Positions 7,041-16,307 are shown, numbered from the stretch's first letter. The stretch is 64,000 nt of DNA from Thermoplasmata archaeon (GCA_046759185.1 JBHIBO010000009.1:194-64193), one strand, 5' to 3'. Made by a program: numbers and translations. Notes: generated by a model from the letters alone, not told the origin.

Positions 7041-9682
7041 GTGGGTTTCGTTTCCTCCAGCGCGGCGTGGGCGGCGGCAAGGCGCGCCACGGGGACCCTG
7101 AAGGGGGAACAGGACACGTAATCCAGGCCGAGGTCGTGGCAGAGAGCGATGCTCCGGGGCTCACCGCCGTGTTCGCCGCAGATACCGACCTTCAGGTCCG
7201 AGCGGGTGGCGCGTCCCTTCTGTACGGCGATTCGCATGAGTTCCCCCACCCCCTTCGCGTCCAAGACCTCAAACGGGTTCTCCTCCAGGATCCCCTCCTC
7301 CAAGTAGTGCGCCAAGAACTTTCCCTCGGCGTCGTCCCGACTGAACCCGTACGTGGTCTGGGTCAGGTCGTTGGTCCCAAAGGAGAAGAACTCCGCGTCC
7401 CGGGCGATCTCGTCGGCCGTCAGGGCACCTCGGGGGATCTCGATCATGGTTCCGAAGGCGTAGGGGACCTCGAGTCCCCGCTCCTTCATGACCTCATCGG
7501 CCACGCGAACAAGCTCCTCCTTCACCCGAGCCAGCTCGTTCGGGTGGCCCACGAGGGGAATCATGATCTCGGGGAGGACGTCGACTCCCTTCGCTGCGAG
7601 GTCGCAAGCCGCCTCCAAGATGGCCCGCACCTGCATCTCGTTGATTTCGGGGTAGAGGAGGCCGAGACGGCAGCCCCGGAGCCCCAGCATGGGATTGGCC
7701 TCTCGGAGGGCTGCCACTCGCTCCAGGAGCGCTTCCTTGGCGCGAAGGCCCTCCCCGCCGCCTCCGTGACGAAGTTCCGTGACTTCCACAAGCAGGTCCT
7801 CGAAGCTCGGGAGGAATTCATGGAGGGGCGGGTCCAGGAGCCGTATGGTGACCGGCCGTCCCTCCATCTCCTTCAGGATGCCCACGAAGTCCCCCCGCTG
7901 GAGGGGCAGGAGTCGTTCCAGCGCCCGGAGTCGCTCCTCGCGGGAGGTTGCGAGAATCATCTCCTGCATGACCGGGAGCCTGTCGGCCGCCATGAACATG
8001 TGTTCCGTGCGGCAGAGCCCGATTCCCTCGGCCCCCATTTCCCGAGCCCGGGCGGTGTCTTCGGGGGTGTCCGCGTTGGCGCGCACACCCAGGCGTCGGA
8101 TGCCGTCCGCCATCTCGAGGAGGCTCCGGAACTCCGGGGTCATCTCTGGCTCCACGAGGGGGGCTTCCCCCAGGACCACCCGGCCCGTCGTGCCGTCGAT
8201 GGTGAGGAGGTCCCCTTGCTGTACCACCCGCTCCCCCACGGTGAAAGACCCAGCTCCATAATCGATACGGAGCGCCTCGCAGCCCGTCACACACGGCTTG
8301 CCCATGCCCCGGGTGACGATGGCCGCGTGGGAGGTGCGGCCACCACGGCCCGTGAGGACTCCCTGGGCCGCTACGATGCCATGGATGTCGTCCGGGGTGG
8401 TCTCGAGGCGGACGAGGATGACGGGGTCTCCCCTCGACGCCGCCTCTTCCGCTTCCGCCGGATCGAACACCACGGCGCCCACGGCGGCCCCTGGGGAGGC
8501 GTTTAGACCCGTGGCCAGGACCTCCACCTCGGCGTTCGGGTCGATCTGCCGGTGGAGAAGCCGTTCGACCTGCTCCGGCGTCACGCGGTGGACGGCCTCC
8601 TCCGCGGCGATGAGCCCCTCCTCCGTCATGTCCACGGCCGTCTTCACCGCGGCACCTGCCGTCCGTTGGCCCGTCCGGGTCTGCAGCATGTACAGACGGG
8701 CCTCTTCGATGGTGAATTCGATGTCCTGGATGTCTCGGAAGTGATCCTCCAGCCGCTCGGCGATCCGAGAAAGCTCTTCGAAAATCGGGGGCATCTGCTC
8801 CTTGAGTCGGCGGATGGGCTGCGGGGTCCGAATGCCCGCGACCACGTCCTCGCCCTGGGCATTGAGGAGATACTCCCCGTACAGGACCCGTTGACCGGTA
8901 GCGGGGTCTCGCGTGAAGGCGACGCCCGTTCCGCTATCGTCACCCCGGTTGCCGAAGACCATGACCTGGACGTTCACGGCGGTGCCTAGGTCCTCTGGGA
9001 TGTCGCTCACGGCCCGGTATTTCACCGCCCGCGCGCTGTTCCACGACCGGAAGACGGCGGCGATCGCTTCCCAAAGCTGGTCATGGGGATCCTGGGGGAA
9101 CGACTTCCCTTGGGCGTCGAAGACCCCCTTGTAGGCCTCCAGGACCCCTCGCCAGGCGTCGCCGTCCAGCTCGGTATCGTCCTCGACGTCGGCGGAGGCC
9201 TTGGCCTCCTCCAGATGTTCCTCGAACAGGGAACGGTGGAGCCCCACGACGGTATCGCCAAACATGGAAAGGAGGCGGCGGTAGCTGTTGAGCGCAAAAC
9301 CCTCGTCCCCGGTTTGGCGCGCCAGTCCCTCAACCGTCTCGTCGTTCAAACCCAGGTTCAGAACGGTGTCCATCATCCCAGGCATGGAGACGGCACCGCC
9401 AGAACGGACCGAGACGAGGAGGGGATTCTCGGGATTACCGAACTCCCGTCCGGCTGCCTCTTCGAGTTCCCGAAGGTGTGCCTCCACCTCTTCCCTCAGC
9501 CCCGCAGGGAGTTCCTCGGATTCCAGGTACGCCCTGCAGGCGTCCGTCGTGATTGTGAAGCCGGGGGGTACGGGGAGGCCGAGGCCGGTCATCTCCGCCA
9601 GACCGTACCCCTTTCCCCCGAGGGTCGCTTTGTCCTGTCCGACACCCTCCTGGAAGCTGTAGACAAACCGCCGCATGGCCAC
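7037..9682 (-). CDS. ppdK: Pyruvate, phosphate dikinase
   Basis: 881 aa. N-terminal ATP-grasp (KATLGGKGYGLAEM), central phospho-His domain (GGRTSHAAIVTRGMGKPCV), C-terminal PEP-utilising TIM-barrel domain (CRTEHMF). Overlaps the PrsW start by 4 nt. Confidence 0.9.
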   Translation of the reverse strand: MAMRRFVYSFQEGVGQDKATLGGKGYGLAEMTGLGLPVPPGFTITTDACRAYLESEELPAGLREEVEAHLRELEEAAGREFGNPENPLLVSVRSGGAVSMPGMMDTVLNLGLNDETVEGLARQTGDEGFALNSYRRLLSMFGDTVVGLHRSLFEEHLEEAKASADVEDDTELDGDAWRGVLEAYKGVFDAQGKSFPQDPHDQLWEAIAAVFRSWNSARAVKYRAVSDIPEDLGTAVNVQVMVFGNRGDDSGTGVAFTRDPATGQRVLYGEYLLNAQGEDVVAGIRTPQPIRRLKEQMPPIFEELSRIAERLEDHFRDIQDIEFTIEEARLYMLQTRTGQRTAGAAVKTAVDMTEEGLIAAEEAVHRVTPEQVERLLHRQIDPNAEVEVLATGLNASPGAAVGAVVFDPAEAEEAASRGDPVILVRLETTPDDIHGIVAAQGVLTGRGGRTSHAAIVTRGMGKPCVTGCEALRIDYGAGSFTVGERVVQQGDLLTIDGTTGRVVLGEAPLVEPEMTPEFRSLLEMADGIRRLGVRANADTPEDTARAREMGAEGIGLCRTEHMFMAADRLPVMQEMILATSREERLRALERLLPLQRGDFVGILKEMEGRPVTIRLLDPPLHEFLPSFEDLLVEVTELRHGGGGEGLRAKEALLERVAALREANPMLGLRGCRLGLLYPEINEMQVRAILEAACDLAAKGVDVLPEIMIPLVGHPNELARVKEELVRVADEVMKERGLEVPYAFGTMIEIPRGALTADEIARDAEFFSFGTNDLTQTTYGFSRDDAEGKFLAHYLEEGILEENPFEVLDAKGVGELMRIAVQKGRATRSDLKVGICGEHGGEPRSIALCHDLGLDYVSCSPFRVPVARLAAAHAALEETKPT

Positions 9683-9727
9683 CCCGGGGAAGTTGATGGT
9701 GGGGTGAGTTAAAAGTCTTGGTCGAGG

Positions 9728-10264
9728 CTAGAACGCCTTCTCCTCCTCCCTGAGGGCCGGCCGCATGCCTTCCAGGTAGCGGTACACGGCGGCGTGCTCG
9801 CTTCCCCGGAGGAGCATCTCCACGGCCCGACACGCTACGTCCAGGGGAAACGTGCGACCAAGGAGAGATACGGTGAGGCCGTAAACTGAGACGTAGGCCC
9901 CAGTGAGCTCCTCAATGAGGGCGCGCGTCCTACCGTGGGCGCCGATGACCCGTCCCTTCAACTGCAACCGGCGCGGGCGCTTTTCGGCATAATCCTTCAC
10001 GGAGTAGATGCGTAGGTAGGTGTCATCCTCTAGCAGCTTGAGCGCCCGGGCCTCCGAGAAACCCCGGGCGATCGCCGTCACGACGTCCTTCACGCGGAGT
10101 CCCAAGGAGGGATCCTCGGCCTTTGACTCGTCGATGGTGACCTCCCCCGTCTTGGAATCGACCTCCAGGCGGACGCCCGTCGTCTCCTCGAGGGCCTTCT
10201 TCGTCCTACCTTCGGGTCCGATGAGGACCCCGAGTCGGTCCATGGGAATGCGCGTGTAGAGCAT
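9728..10264 (-). CDS. KH-domain RNA-binding protein (Dim2/Pno1-like)
   Basis: Two KH-like GxxG segments (IGPEGRTKK, IGAHGRTRA). Conserved archaeal position next to the Rio1 kinase and aIF-1A. Confidence 0.75.
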   Translation of the reverse strand: MLYTRIPMDRLGVLIGPEGRTKKALEETTGVRLEVDSKTGEVTIDESKAEDPSLGLRVKDVVTAIARGFSEARALKLLEDDTYLRIYSVKDYAEKRPRRLQLKGRVIGAHGRTRALIEELTGAYVSVYGLTVSLLGRTFPLDVACRAVEMLLRGSEHAAVYRYLEGMRPALREEEKAF

Positions 10265-11023
10265 CTAGCCCCCCCGGGCGCGGCGGCCGAGCTCCTCGGC
10301 GTCGATGTCGAGATCTAGACTACGCAGATAGCGCGCCAGGTTGCGCATGTCTCGGGCAAACCACTCCTCGGCCTGCGGGTGATCCAGAGGGACCGCCTGT
10401 CCCACGTCGATGACGTAGGGAAGGCCACGCCAGAAGAGGAGGTTGTACTCGCTCAAATCGCCGTGGACGAGGCCGGCCCGGTGGATCCGCCTTAAGTCCA
10501 GGAGGAGAAGGTGGAGCAGACGCTCGGGGTCGTCAACGTGAACATGACGCAACTCGGGAGCCGGGCGGGTCTTGCTGCCCAGGTAGCTCATGACCAGGAC
10601 GTTGTCTCGGACGACGTAGGGCCGGGGGACCCGGACGTGGTACTGCCGCATCCGCGCCAGGTTCTTGAATTCCTTCGTCGCCCATGCGAAGATCAACTTC
10701 CTTCGACCCCCTCCGACGCGAAGGAACCGCGGGTCCCCCTCGATGTAGCGCGAGAGCGACCGGAAGGTCGAGGTGGACATCCGGTAGATCTTGACCGCGC
10801 GGGCCCCGTCCCGACTCGTCGCCCGGAAGACGTTGCCCTCCTTTCCGGTGGCCACGGGGTAGTCCAGGGTCTCGATGACCCGGTGGCTGATGAGCCGTTG
10901 AAGAACGAAGAGGGTCGCGCGGTCAAAGACCTCATCGTAGGTCTTCCGTTCATCCTCGTCGCGAATGCGCCGACGCCAGGCCTCCACCTGGGTCTCGAGG
11001 AGCCGGAGCGCGCCCTCCTCCAT
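10265..11023 (-). CDS. rio1: RIO-type serine/threonine protein kinase (Rio1)
   Basis: RIO kinase motifs: GKEGNVF, the VHGDLSEYN catalytic loop, and IDVGQAV. Confidence 0.85.
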   Translation of the reverse strand: MEEGALRLLETQVEAWRRRIRDEDERKTYDEVFDRATLFVLQRLISHRVIETLDYPVATGKEGNVFRATSRDGARAVKIYRMSTSTFRSLSRYIEGDPRFLRVGGGRRKLIFAWATKEFKNLARMRQYHVRVPRPYVVRDNVLVMSYLGSKTRPAPELRHVHVDDPERLLHLLLLDLRRIHRAGLVHGDLSEYNLLFWRGLPYVIDVGQAVPLDHPQAEEWFARDMRNLARYLRSLDLDIDAEELGRRARGG

Positions 11024-11040
11024 CCTCCGACCGCCATCCG

Positions 11041-11352
11041 TTAGAAGATATCCACGCTTTCGGGGATCACGCCCTTCCGGCTGAGGTAGGTCGCCTCGGT
11101 CTTCAGGTAGCGATAGACGATGTCGGCTTTCTCAGGCTGGAAGTCCCAAGGCTTCAAGATAACGAGGTCCCCCTCCCGGATCCACATCCGCTTCCGCAAC
11201 TTACCCGGAATCCGGGCGAGTCGAGAGACACCGTCGGCGGATGCGACCTTGATGTGGGAGGCGCCTAGGAGCTGGTCCGCGATTCCGAACATCTCCCCCT
11301 TCTTCTTGTTCGGGAGACGACTGCGGATGTACTCGCCCTCTTCCCCTGCCAA
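11041..11352 (-). CDS. eif1a: Translation initiation factor 1A (aIF-1A)
   Basis: 103-aa S1/OB-fold eIF-1A, with sequence MFGIADQLLGASHIKVASADGVSRLARIPGKLRKRMWIREGDLV. Confidence 0.85.
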   Translation of the reverse strand: MAGEEGEYIRSRLPNKKKGEMFGIADQLLGASHIKVASADGVSRLARIPGKLRKRMWIREGDLVILKPWDFQPEKADIVYRYLKTEATYLSRKGVIPESVDIF

Positions 11353-11431
11353 GGGCTAATCCATGCGGGACCGCGTATATGAGCGTTGGCCAGCCTGTTA
11401 TCCGTTCGGATAATGAGCCTCCGGGAGGCCT

Positions 11432-12178
11432 TCATGAAAACTGCTGATCGTCCGCAATGAGGACGCCGTCGGGGAGCCGAAGCTCCACGTCATCCACGAA
11501 CCCGAACCAATACACCACGATCCCGTCGCCGAAGAGGTCCACGTAGGGGCTCAGCTGCCGGCGCACGTGGCGTTTGATTTCGTACGGGTCGCCGAAGCTG
11601 GCCTTGCTTTCAATCCACTGGACGCGCCGTCCATCGAAGTCCAGAGGATCTTGGAGCAAGGCGTCGGGGGTCTTGTCGAACTTCTCTCGGAGTTCGGCCT
11701 CCTTCCGGAAGGGAACGTCTTGGGCTTCCAGCCACTGCCAGAGGCGCGCCTCCCCCCAGGCCCCTCGCTGGTATTGGCGGTCCGTTCCTGCGGGGGAGTA
11801 GATGAGATCTTCCTCGGTCGTTTCGCGGAGCTCCCTCCGGAGCCGATCGTCCTCCACGCTGTCCAGGTCCTTGACCATCTTCCAGAACCGCTTCCGGGAC
11901 ACACCCTCCTCCCCCATCACAAGCAGAGCGAGAAGCATGGGAGGGAAATTGCGTCGGCGGGCGAGCTCCACGAAGGATGTCCCCTGCCTCCACTGATGAC
12001 GGAGCCGCCGGCTCTGGCGCTTCACCTTGTAGAAACGCTTCGTGGCGTCCCGGACGACCCGCTGCGTGTAGATCACGGTGAGGAGCTCCTCGTCGTAGGA
12101 CGATGTCCGAATCAGCCGTTCGAGGTCCCTTCGGGTCTCCAGGCCTCGGTACAGCCCCTTGTAAGTCTCGTGGTCCAT
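11432..12178 (-). CDS. TPD-motif protein, CDIN1/C15orf41-like predicted PD-(D/E)xK nuclease
   Basis: Contains the family's name-giving KTPD motif (FDKTPDALL) and a C-terminal D...ExK nuclease motif (DFDGRRVQWIESK); 248 aa. Confidence 0.5.
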   Translation of the reverse strand: MDHETYKGLYRGLETRRDLERLIRTSSYDEELLTVIYTQRVVRDATKRFYKVKRQSRRLRHQWRQGTSFVELARRRNFPPMLLALLVMGEEGVSRKRFWKMVKDLDSVEDDRLRRELRETTEEDLIYSPAGTDRQYQRGAWGEARLWQWLEAQDVPFRKEAELREKFDKTPDALLQDPLDFDGRRVQWIESKASFGDPYEIKRHVRRQLSPYVDLFGDGIVVYWFGFVDDVELRLPDGVLIADDQQFS

Positions 12179-12208
12179 CTCAGCGTTCCGGGTTCCTATC
12201 GGGGCGAG

Positions 12209-12219
12209 CTTTATTAAAG
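12209..12219. promoter_or_regulatory. Palindromic TATA-like element CTTTATTAAAG in a divergent intergenic region (could serve both the TPD-nuclease gene and the MBL-hydrolase gene)
   Basis: An AT-rich perfect palindrome 31-41 nt upstream of the minus-strand start at 12178. Confidence 0.35.
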
Positions 12220-12318
12220 CGTTATGAGGCCAGTTTTCGTTCCGGGAGGCGTGTTGGCCCGCCCCATCCCTTGGAAAAGCGTAAAGAGAAGCCCTCCATC
12301 CGGAGACTGGGTGGAGCC

Positions 12319-13002
12319 ATGAAGGTCACCTGGCTGGGTCACGCGGCTTTCCTCCTGGAGGGGCGCGATCGGATTCTCGTAGATCCCTTTCTCACAGGAA
12401 ACCCCGCGGCCGCGACGACCGCCGAGGAGGTGGATTGCGATCTGGTGTGCGTGACGCACGCCCACGGAGATCACTACGGGGACGCGGTCGCCATCGCTAC
12501 GCGTCTCGGCGTTCCCCTGGTGGGAATCTACGAGATTTCCGTTGCGGCGGAGGCTCAAGGTGCCAGTGCCGTGGGAATGAACATCGGTGGCTCGACCACG
12601 GTGGGAGGGACGCGCATCACCATGACCCATGCCGTCCACTCCTCGTGCTTCGTCGGGAACGGCAAGGTGGAGGCGGGGGGAAACCCCGCTGGCTTTGTCT
12701 TCGACTCCGGCGCGCGGGTCTACCACGCCGGCGACACGGGGGTCTTCACCGACATGGCCCTCATTGGAGAGCTCTACCAACCGGAGTTGGCGCTCCTGCC
12801 GATCGGCGACTTCTACACGATGGGCCTGAGGGAGGCCACCAAGGCCACGGAGCTCCTGGGGGCGAAGGAGGTCATTCCCATGCACTACAACACCTTTCCC
12901 GTCATCGAACAGGACCCTGCGGTCTTTCGCACGGCGGTGGCGGAGAAGACGCCGTCTCAGGTTACCGTTCTGCAGCCCGGGGAGAGCCATAACGTAAGAT
13001 AG
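12319..13002 (+). CDS. Metallo-beta-lactamase-fold hydrolase (UPF0173 family)
   Basis: MKVTWLGHAAFLLEG...VCVTHAHGDHYG (the HxHxDH metal motif). ATG at 12319; the upstream part of the ORF-track ORF is antisense overlap and was discarded. Confidence 0.75.
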   Translation: MKVTWLGHAAFLLEGRDRILVDPFLTGNPAAATTAEEVDCDLVCVTHAHGDHYGDAVAIATRLGVPLVGIYEISVAAEAQGASAVGMNIGGSTTVGGTRITMTHAVHSSCFVGNGKVEAGGNPAGFVFDSGARVYHAGDTGVFTDMALIGELYQPELALLPIGDFYTMGLREATKATELLGAKEVIPMHYNTFPVIEQDPAVFRTAVAEKTPSQVTVLQPGESHNVR

Positions 13003-13042
13003 CAAACCTAAAGAGCCGCCATCGGGATGAGCGTACCTGGCT

Positions 13043-13825
13043 ATGGCGGCAGAGATCGCTCGCGTTATCTCAGAGGCGGCTTACCAGGCATACGAGAAGA
13101 AGCTCATGCGGGAGGTCCTCACAGGCCCTGTTCCCAGACACCTCGCCATCATCATGGACGGAAATCGGCGTTTCGCCGAGGAGGTGGGCCTGAGCTCCGC
13201 GGACGGCCACGAGCGGGGGCGGGAGAAGCTGGAGGAGGTCTTGGAGTGGTGCATGGACCTGGACATCCGCATCCTCACCGTCTATGCCTTCTCCACGGAG
13301 AACCTGAACCGGGATGACGGGGAACTGGACGATCTGATGAGCCTCTTCGCGAGGAACTTCCGGCGGGCGGGCGACGACGAGCGGGTGCATGAGAACCAGA
13401 TTCGCATCCGGGTCCTAGGCCAGACGGAGCGTCTCCCGCCAGCCGTCCAGGAAGCCATTCGCTACGCCGAGGAGAAGACCGCGAATTACGATTCCTACCT
13501 CTTCAACCTCGCCGTGGCCTACGGGGGACGCCAGGAGATCCTCGACGCCATCCGGCACTTAGTGGAGGATGCGATGGAGGGAGACATCGCCCTGGAAGAC
13601 ATTGACGAGGGCGTCTTCTCCAAGCGCCTCTATACGGCCGACCTCCCCGACCCTGACCTCATCCTGCGCACATCGGGAGAGGAACGCGTCAGCAACTTCC
13701 TCCTTTGGCAGCTCGCGTACAGCGAACTGTATTTCGTCGATGTCTTCTGGCCCGGCTTCCGGAAGATCGACTTCTTGCGGGCGATTCGCTCCTTTCAGAT
13801 GCGCCGCCGGCGCTTTGGCAGCTAG
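13043..13825 (+). CDS. uppS: Undecaprenyl diphosphate synthase (cis-prenyltransferase)
   Basis: Motifs HLAIIMDGNRRFA, RILTVYAFSTENLNR and LILRTSGEERVSNFLLWQLAYSELYF. Confidence 0.85.
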   Translation: MAAEIARVISEAAYQAYEKKLMREVLTGPVPRHLAIIMDGNRRFAEEVGLSSADGHERGREKLEEVLEWCMDLDIRILTVYAFSTENLNRDDGELDDLMSLFARNFRRAGDDERVHENQIRIRVLGQTERLPPAVQEAIRYAEEKTANYDSYLFNLAVAYGGRQEILDAIRHLVEDAMEGDIALEDIDEGVFSKRLYTADLPDPDLILRTSGEERVSNFLLWQLAYSELYFVDVFWPGFRKIDFLRAIRSFQMRRRRFGS

Positions 13826-14289
13826 GCCCGGGTCCGAGAACGACGGACCTCCGCCCCGCAGACGGGGCACGCCTCTAGGGCCGTAGGCCAGGATCGCCCG
13901 CAACCACGACACCGAAAGGACCAACCGACCTGCTGGCGAATCCCCGGGAGGAGGGCGGGCTGGTAACGGAGGCCCAGGCGGTCGGCGACGTTTTGGATGG
14001 CATAATCGTCGGTCACCACCGCCGCATCCAACTGCAGGGCCAGGGCGAGGACCTCGTGATCCGTGGGGGACAGCGCGGCCTGGTCCCCCGTCTCCTGGGA
14101 CACCTCCGACACACGTCGAAGATCCGTTTCCCGAGGCTCGAAGACCCGACTCTTCGTCTCCAGCACGGCCTCGACACGGGGGTCCAGCCCTCCCCTGCGG
14201 GCCTCCCGCAGGACGCTGGAGGGAACGTAGACGTCCCCGGCGAAATCCATGCCGGAGAGAATCGCGGAGGTGTCGAGAACGAGCTTCAC
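13822..14289 (-). CDS. nob1: PIN-domain endonuclease with C-terminal zinc ribbon (Nob1-like)
   Basis: PIN acidic residues (LVLDTSA, VVTDDYAIQNVA) plus a C-terminal CRGCG...CPVCG zinc ribbon; sits in a ribosome-biogenesis neighbourhood. Confidence 0.65.
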   Translation of the reverse strand: MKLVLDTSAILSGMDFAGDVYVPSSVLREARRGGLDPRVEAVLETKSRVFEPRETDLRRVSEVSQETGDQAALSPTDHEVLALALQLDAAVVTDDYAIQNVADRLGLRYQPALLPGIRQQVGWSFRCRGCGRSWPTALEACPVCGAEVRRSRTRA

Positions 14290-14306
14290 GGGAATCCTCG
14301 GGTGAC

Positions 14307-14603
14307 CTACGCGGTGAGCCGCTCCGTGATCGCTAGTCGGTCGTAAATCTCCTCCACGGCCCGTCTCGCGTCGGGTTCTTCGCCCCCTTTCACCAGGATG
14401 CGGCCGGTCTTGTAGAGGGTCCGTTCGGGCTTGTCATGAATCAGGAGGAGCACACCGCAGTCCGTGATGCGGTACCCGTCCTGCGCCAGGGCGTCACGGG
14501 CCTCCGCGAGGTTCAGGACAAGGTGCTTCCTGAGCGTGGCCACATAAGCAGCGGTGGTTCGGCAAGGCCGCATCATGAAGTAGCTCATGCGCCCCCTCTT
14601 CAA
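14307..14603 (-). CDS. Small hypothetical protein, possibly TBP-like fold
   Basis: 98-aa ORF. The segment VLLLIHDKPERTLYKTGRILVKGGEEPDARRAVEEIYDRL resembles a TBP half-repeat; weak. Confidence 0.35.
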   Translation of the reverse strand: MKRGRMSYFMMRPCRTTAAYVATLRKHLVLNLAEARDALAQDGYRITDCGVLLLIHDKPERTLYKTGRILVKGGEEPDARRAVEEIYDRLAITERLTA

Positions 14604-14614
14604 TCGGTCGGGGC

Positions 14615-15265
14615 CTATGTAGCTTCCGCCGAAGGGGCGTGAACGAGAGAGACCTCCTCGAGCGTCGCCAGCGACCCCTCCAGGAGCGCATCATAATGCA
14701 TTTTTGCCTCCTCGGCCTCCACAATGTCGAGTCTAGCCCGGGTCGTCGGATGGGCTGGGCCCAGGACGTCGCACACCTCGGGGCCTACGGAGATGGGGTA
14801 GCTTCCGATGCGCTCGGCTTCGTGTACGATGTCCACCTTGTCCCATCCGATGAGGGGTCGCAGGACGGGGAGGTCCACGGCCGCCTCGATGGCGCGCAGG
14901 TTCCAGAGGGTCTGACTCGACACCTGGCCCAGGCTCTCACCGGTGATGAGGGATCCCGCCCCCTCTCGTATCGCGAGCGCCTCAGCGACGCGGAACATGA
15001 GGCGCTTGGAGAGGACGAAGTAGTAGCGCCGGCGACCTCGCCGGGCGATCTCGGCCAGGGCGTCCCCCAAGCGTGCAACGTACAGGGCCGAGAAACCGAG
15101 TCGTGCGGCCAATTTCCGGGACTTCTCCTCGGGAGAGCGGTCGGTGAAGGGTTCCAGCGAACAGTGGAGGGCGGTGACCTCGGTGCCCTGCCTGGTCATG
15201 AGGTGACCGGCTACCGGACTGTCAATGCCACCACTCAGGAGGAGCGTACCCTTCCCTGTTTTCAA
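14615..15265 (-). CDS. PP-loop ATPase, ThiI-like sulfurtransferase domain without N-terminal THUMP/ferredoxin-like domains
   Basis: PP-loop LLSGGIDSPVAGHLM; ThiI motifs LITGESLGQVSSQTLWNL and PLIGWDK; a single Cys in PEVCDV where ThiI has its catalytic Cys; only 216 aa. Confidence 0.7.
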   Translation of the reverse strand: MKTGKGTLLLSGGIDSPVAGHLMTRQGTEVTALHCSLEPFTDRSPEEKSRKLAARLGFSALYVARLGDALAEIARRGRRRYYFVLSKRLMFRVAEALAIREGAGSLITGESLGQVSSQTLWNLRAIEAAVDLPVLRPLIGWDKVDIVHEAERIGSYPISVGPEVCDVLGPAHPTTRARLDIVEAEEAKMHYDALLEGSLATLEEVSLVHAPSAEAT

Positions 15266-15308
15266 CGCTTAACGACTGCGAGAGGCACTTATAACGCTTG
15301 GCGGCGGG

Positions 15309-16307
15309 TCACAGGCCCACGTATCGTCGGTAGAGGGCCTGGGCAACTTCCGGGGACCGAGCGCCCCGGACGAGAGCGCGACCGTCTGGGAAGATGGAGA
15401 GACCGTAAGGTGGGACTTCCAGGGACAGCAGGTACGGTGTCAGACGAACGCGAGCGACGCGGGTGAGGCGGGCCGCGAGCCGTTCCAGGGACACGTCCTC
15501 CTCCCGGCCGGGGTCCACGGAAACGGTGTCTCCGCCGCAGAGCTGAACGACGGTCGGTCCGTTGTGTGGTCTGAGGAATTCCGGGGGGCTCCGCTGGCAT
15601 GCGGGGCACCCGACCCGAGGCGAAATCCTAACGCGTTGGACGTCCGGCTCGCCGTCTCGTAGGACATAGAGGCCCGGGGTTGTTGTTCCCGTCCGGAGGA
15701 AACCAAGTGCATGCGATGCGAGGAGATCCCCCACCCTGGCAGCGACGGGGGCGAGGCCCGTCATACACGGGATGGTCGGCCTTTCAAGCTGGGCTGGGAG
15801 AAGCAGGCATCGAAAGCACGGGGTTTCCGGAGGGTGGAGAGGGCTGGCCATCCCTAAGGCGCCGGCCGCTCCCCCGTAGAGGAAGGGGATGCGGTACTGG
15901 ATGCAAGCCTCGTTGAGAAGGAAGCGGGTCCGGAGGTTGTCCGTTCCGTCTACGACCACGTCGCTGTCCCCGACCAACGGGAGTACGGTTCCCGCGTGAA
16001 CGTCTCGTACCCAAGCTTCGACCCGGGCCTCCGGGTCGAGGGCTCGGAGTCGAGCCTGCGCAGCTATCGCCTTGGGGTCGCCGATGTCTTCCTTTTCGTA
16101 GAATGACGTCCTTTCCAGGTTCCGGCGGTCGACGAGGTCGCGATCGACGAGGACAATCTCCCGGGCTCCTCGTTGCACCAATCGCTCGGCCGCGACAGCC
16201 CCGACCGCTCCGAGCCCGACGACTACCACACGCCCTTTCGTGGGGGTCGGGGACGTGACGTGGTCAGAGGGCCTCGGATGAACCTGTTCGTCCGCCTGTC
16301 CCAACAT
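15309..16307 (-). CDS. ThiF/MoeB/HesA-family E1-like adenylyltransferase with a ~90 aa C-terminal extension
   Basis: Rossmann motif VVVVGLGAVGAVAAERL, plus VDRDLVDRRNLERT and a CxxC...CxxC zinc motif (CFRC...CPAC); 332 aa. Confidence 0.75.
   Translation of the reverse strand: MLGQADEQVHPRPSDHVTSPTPTKGRVVVVGLGAVGAVAAERLVQRGAREIVLVDRDLVDRRNLERTSFYEKEDIGDPKAIAAQARLRALDPEARVEAWVRDVHAGTVLPLVGDSDVVVDGTDNLRTRFLLNEACIQYRIPFLYGGAAGALGMASPLHPPETPCFRCLLLPAQLERPTIPCMTGLAPVAARVGDLLASHALGFLRTGTTTPGLYVLRDGEPDVQRVRISPRVGCPACQRSPPEFLRPHNGPTVVQLCGGDTVSVDPGREEDVSLERLAARLTRVARVRLTPYLLSLEVPPYGLSIFPDGRALVRGARSPEVAQALYRRYVGL

Noticed and set aside
7067-8506. 479-aa plus-strand ORF opposite ppdK
   Set aside because: Antisense to a well-supported 881-aa PPDK gene; no motifs; an Arg/Gly/His-rich artefact of GC content.
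12220-12226. Half-site CGTTAT next to the palindromic TATA at 12209-12219 as a third copy of the suf operator
   Set aside because: Only one arm is present (TTAAAG versus ATAACG on the other side), so it is probably a chance match.
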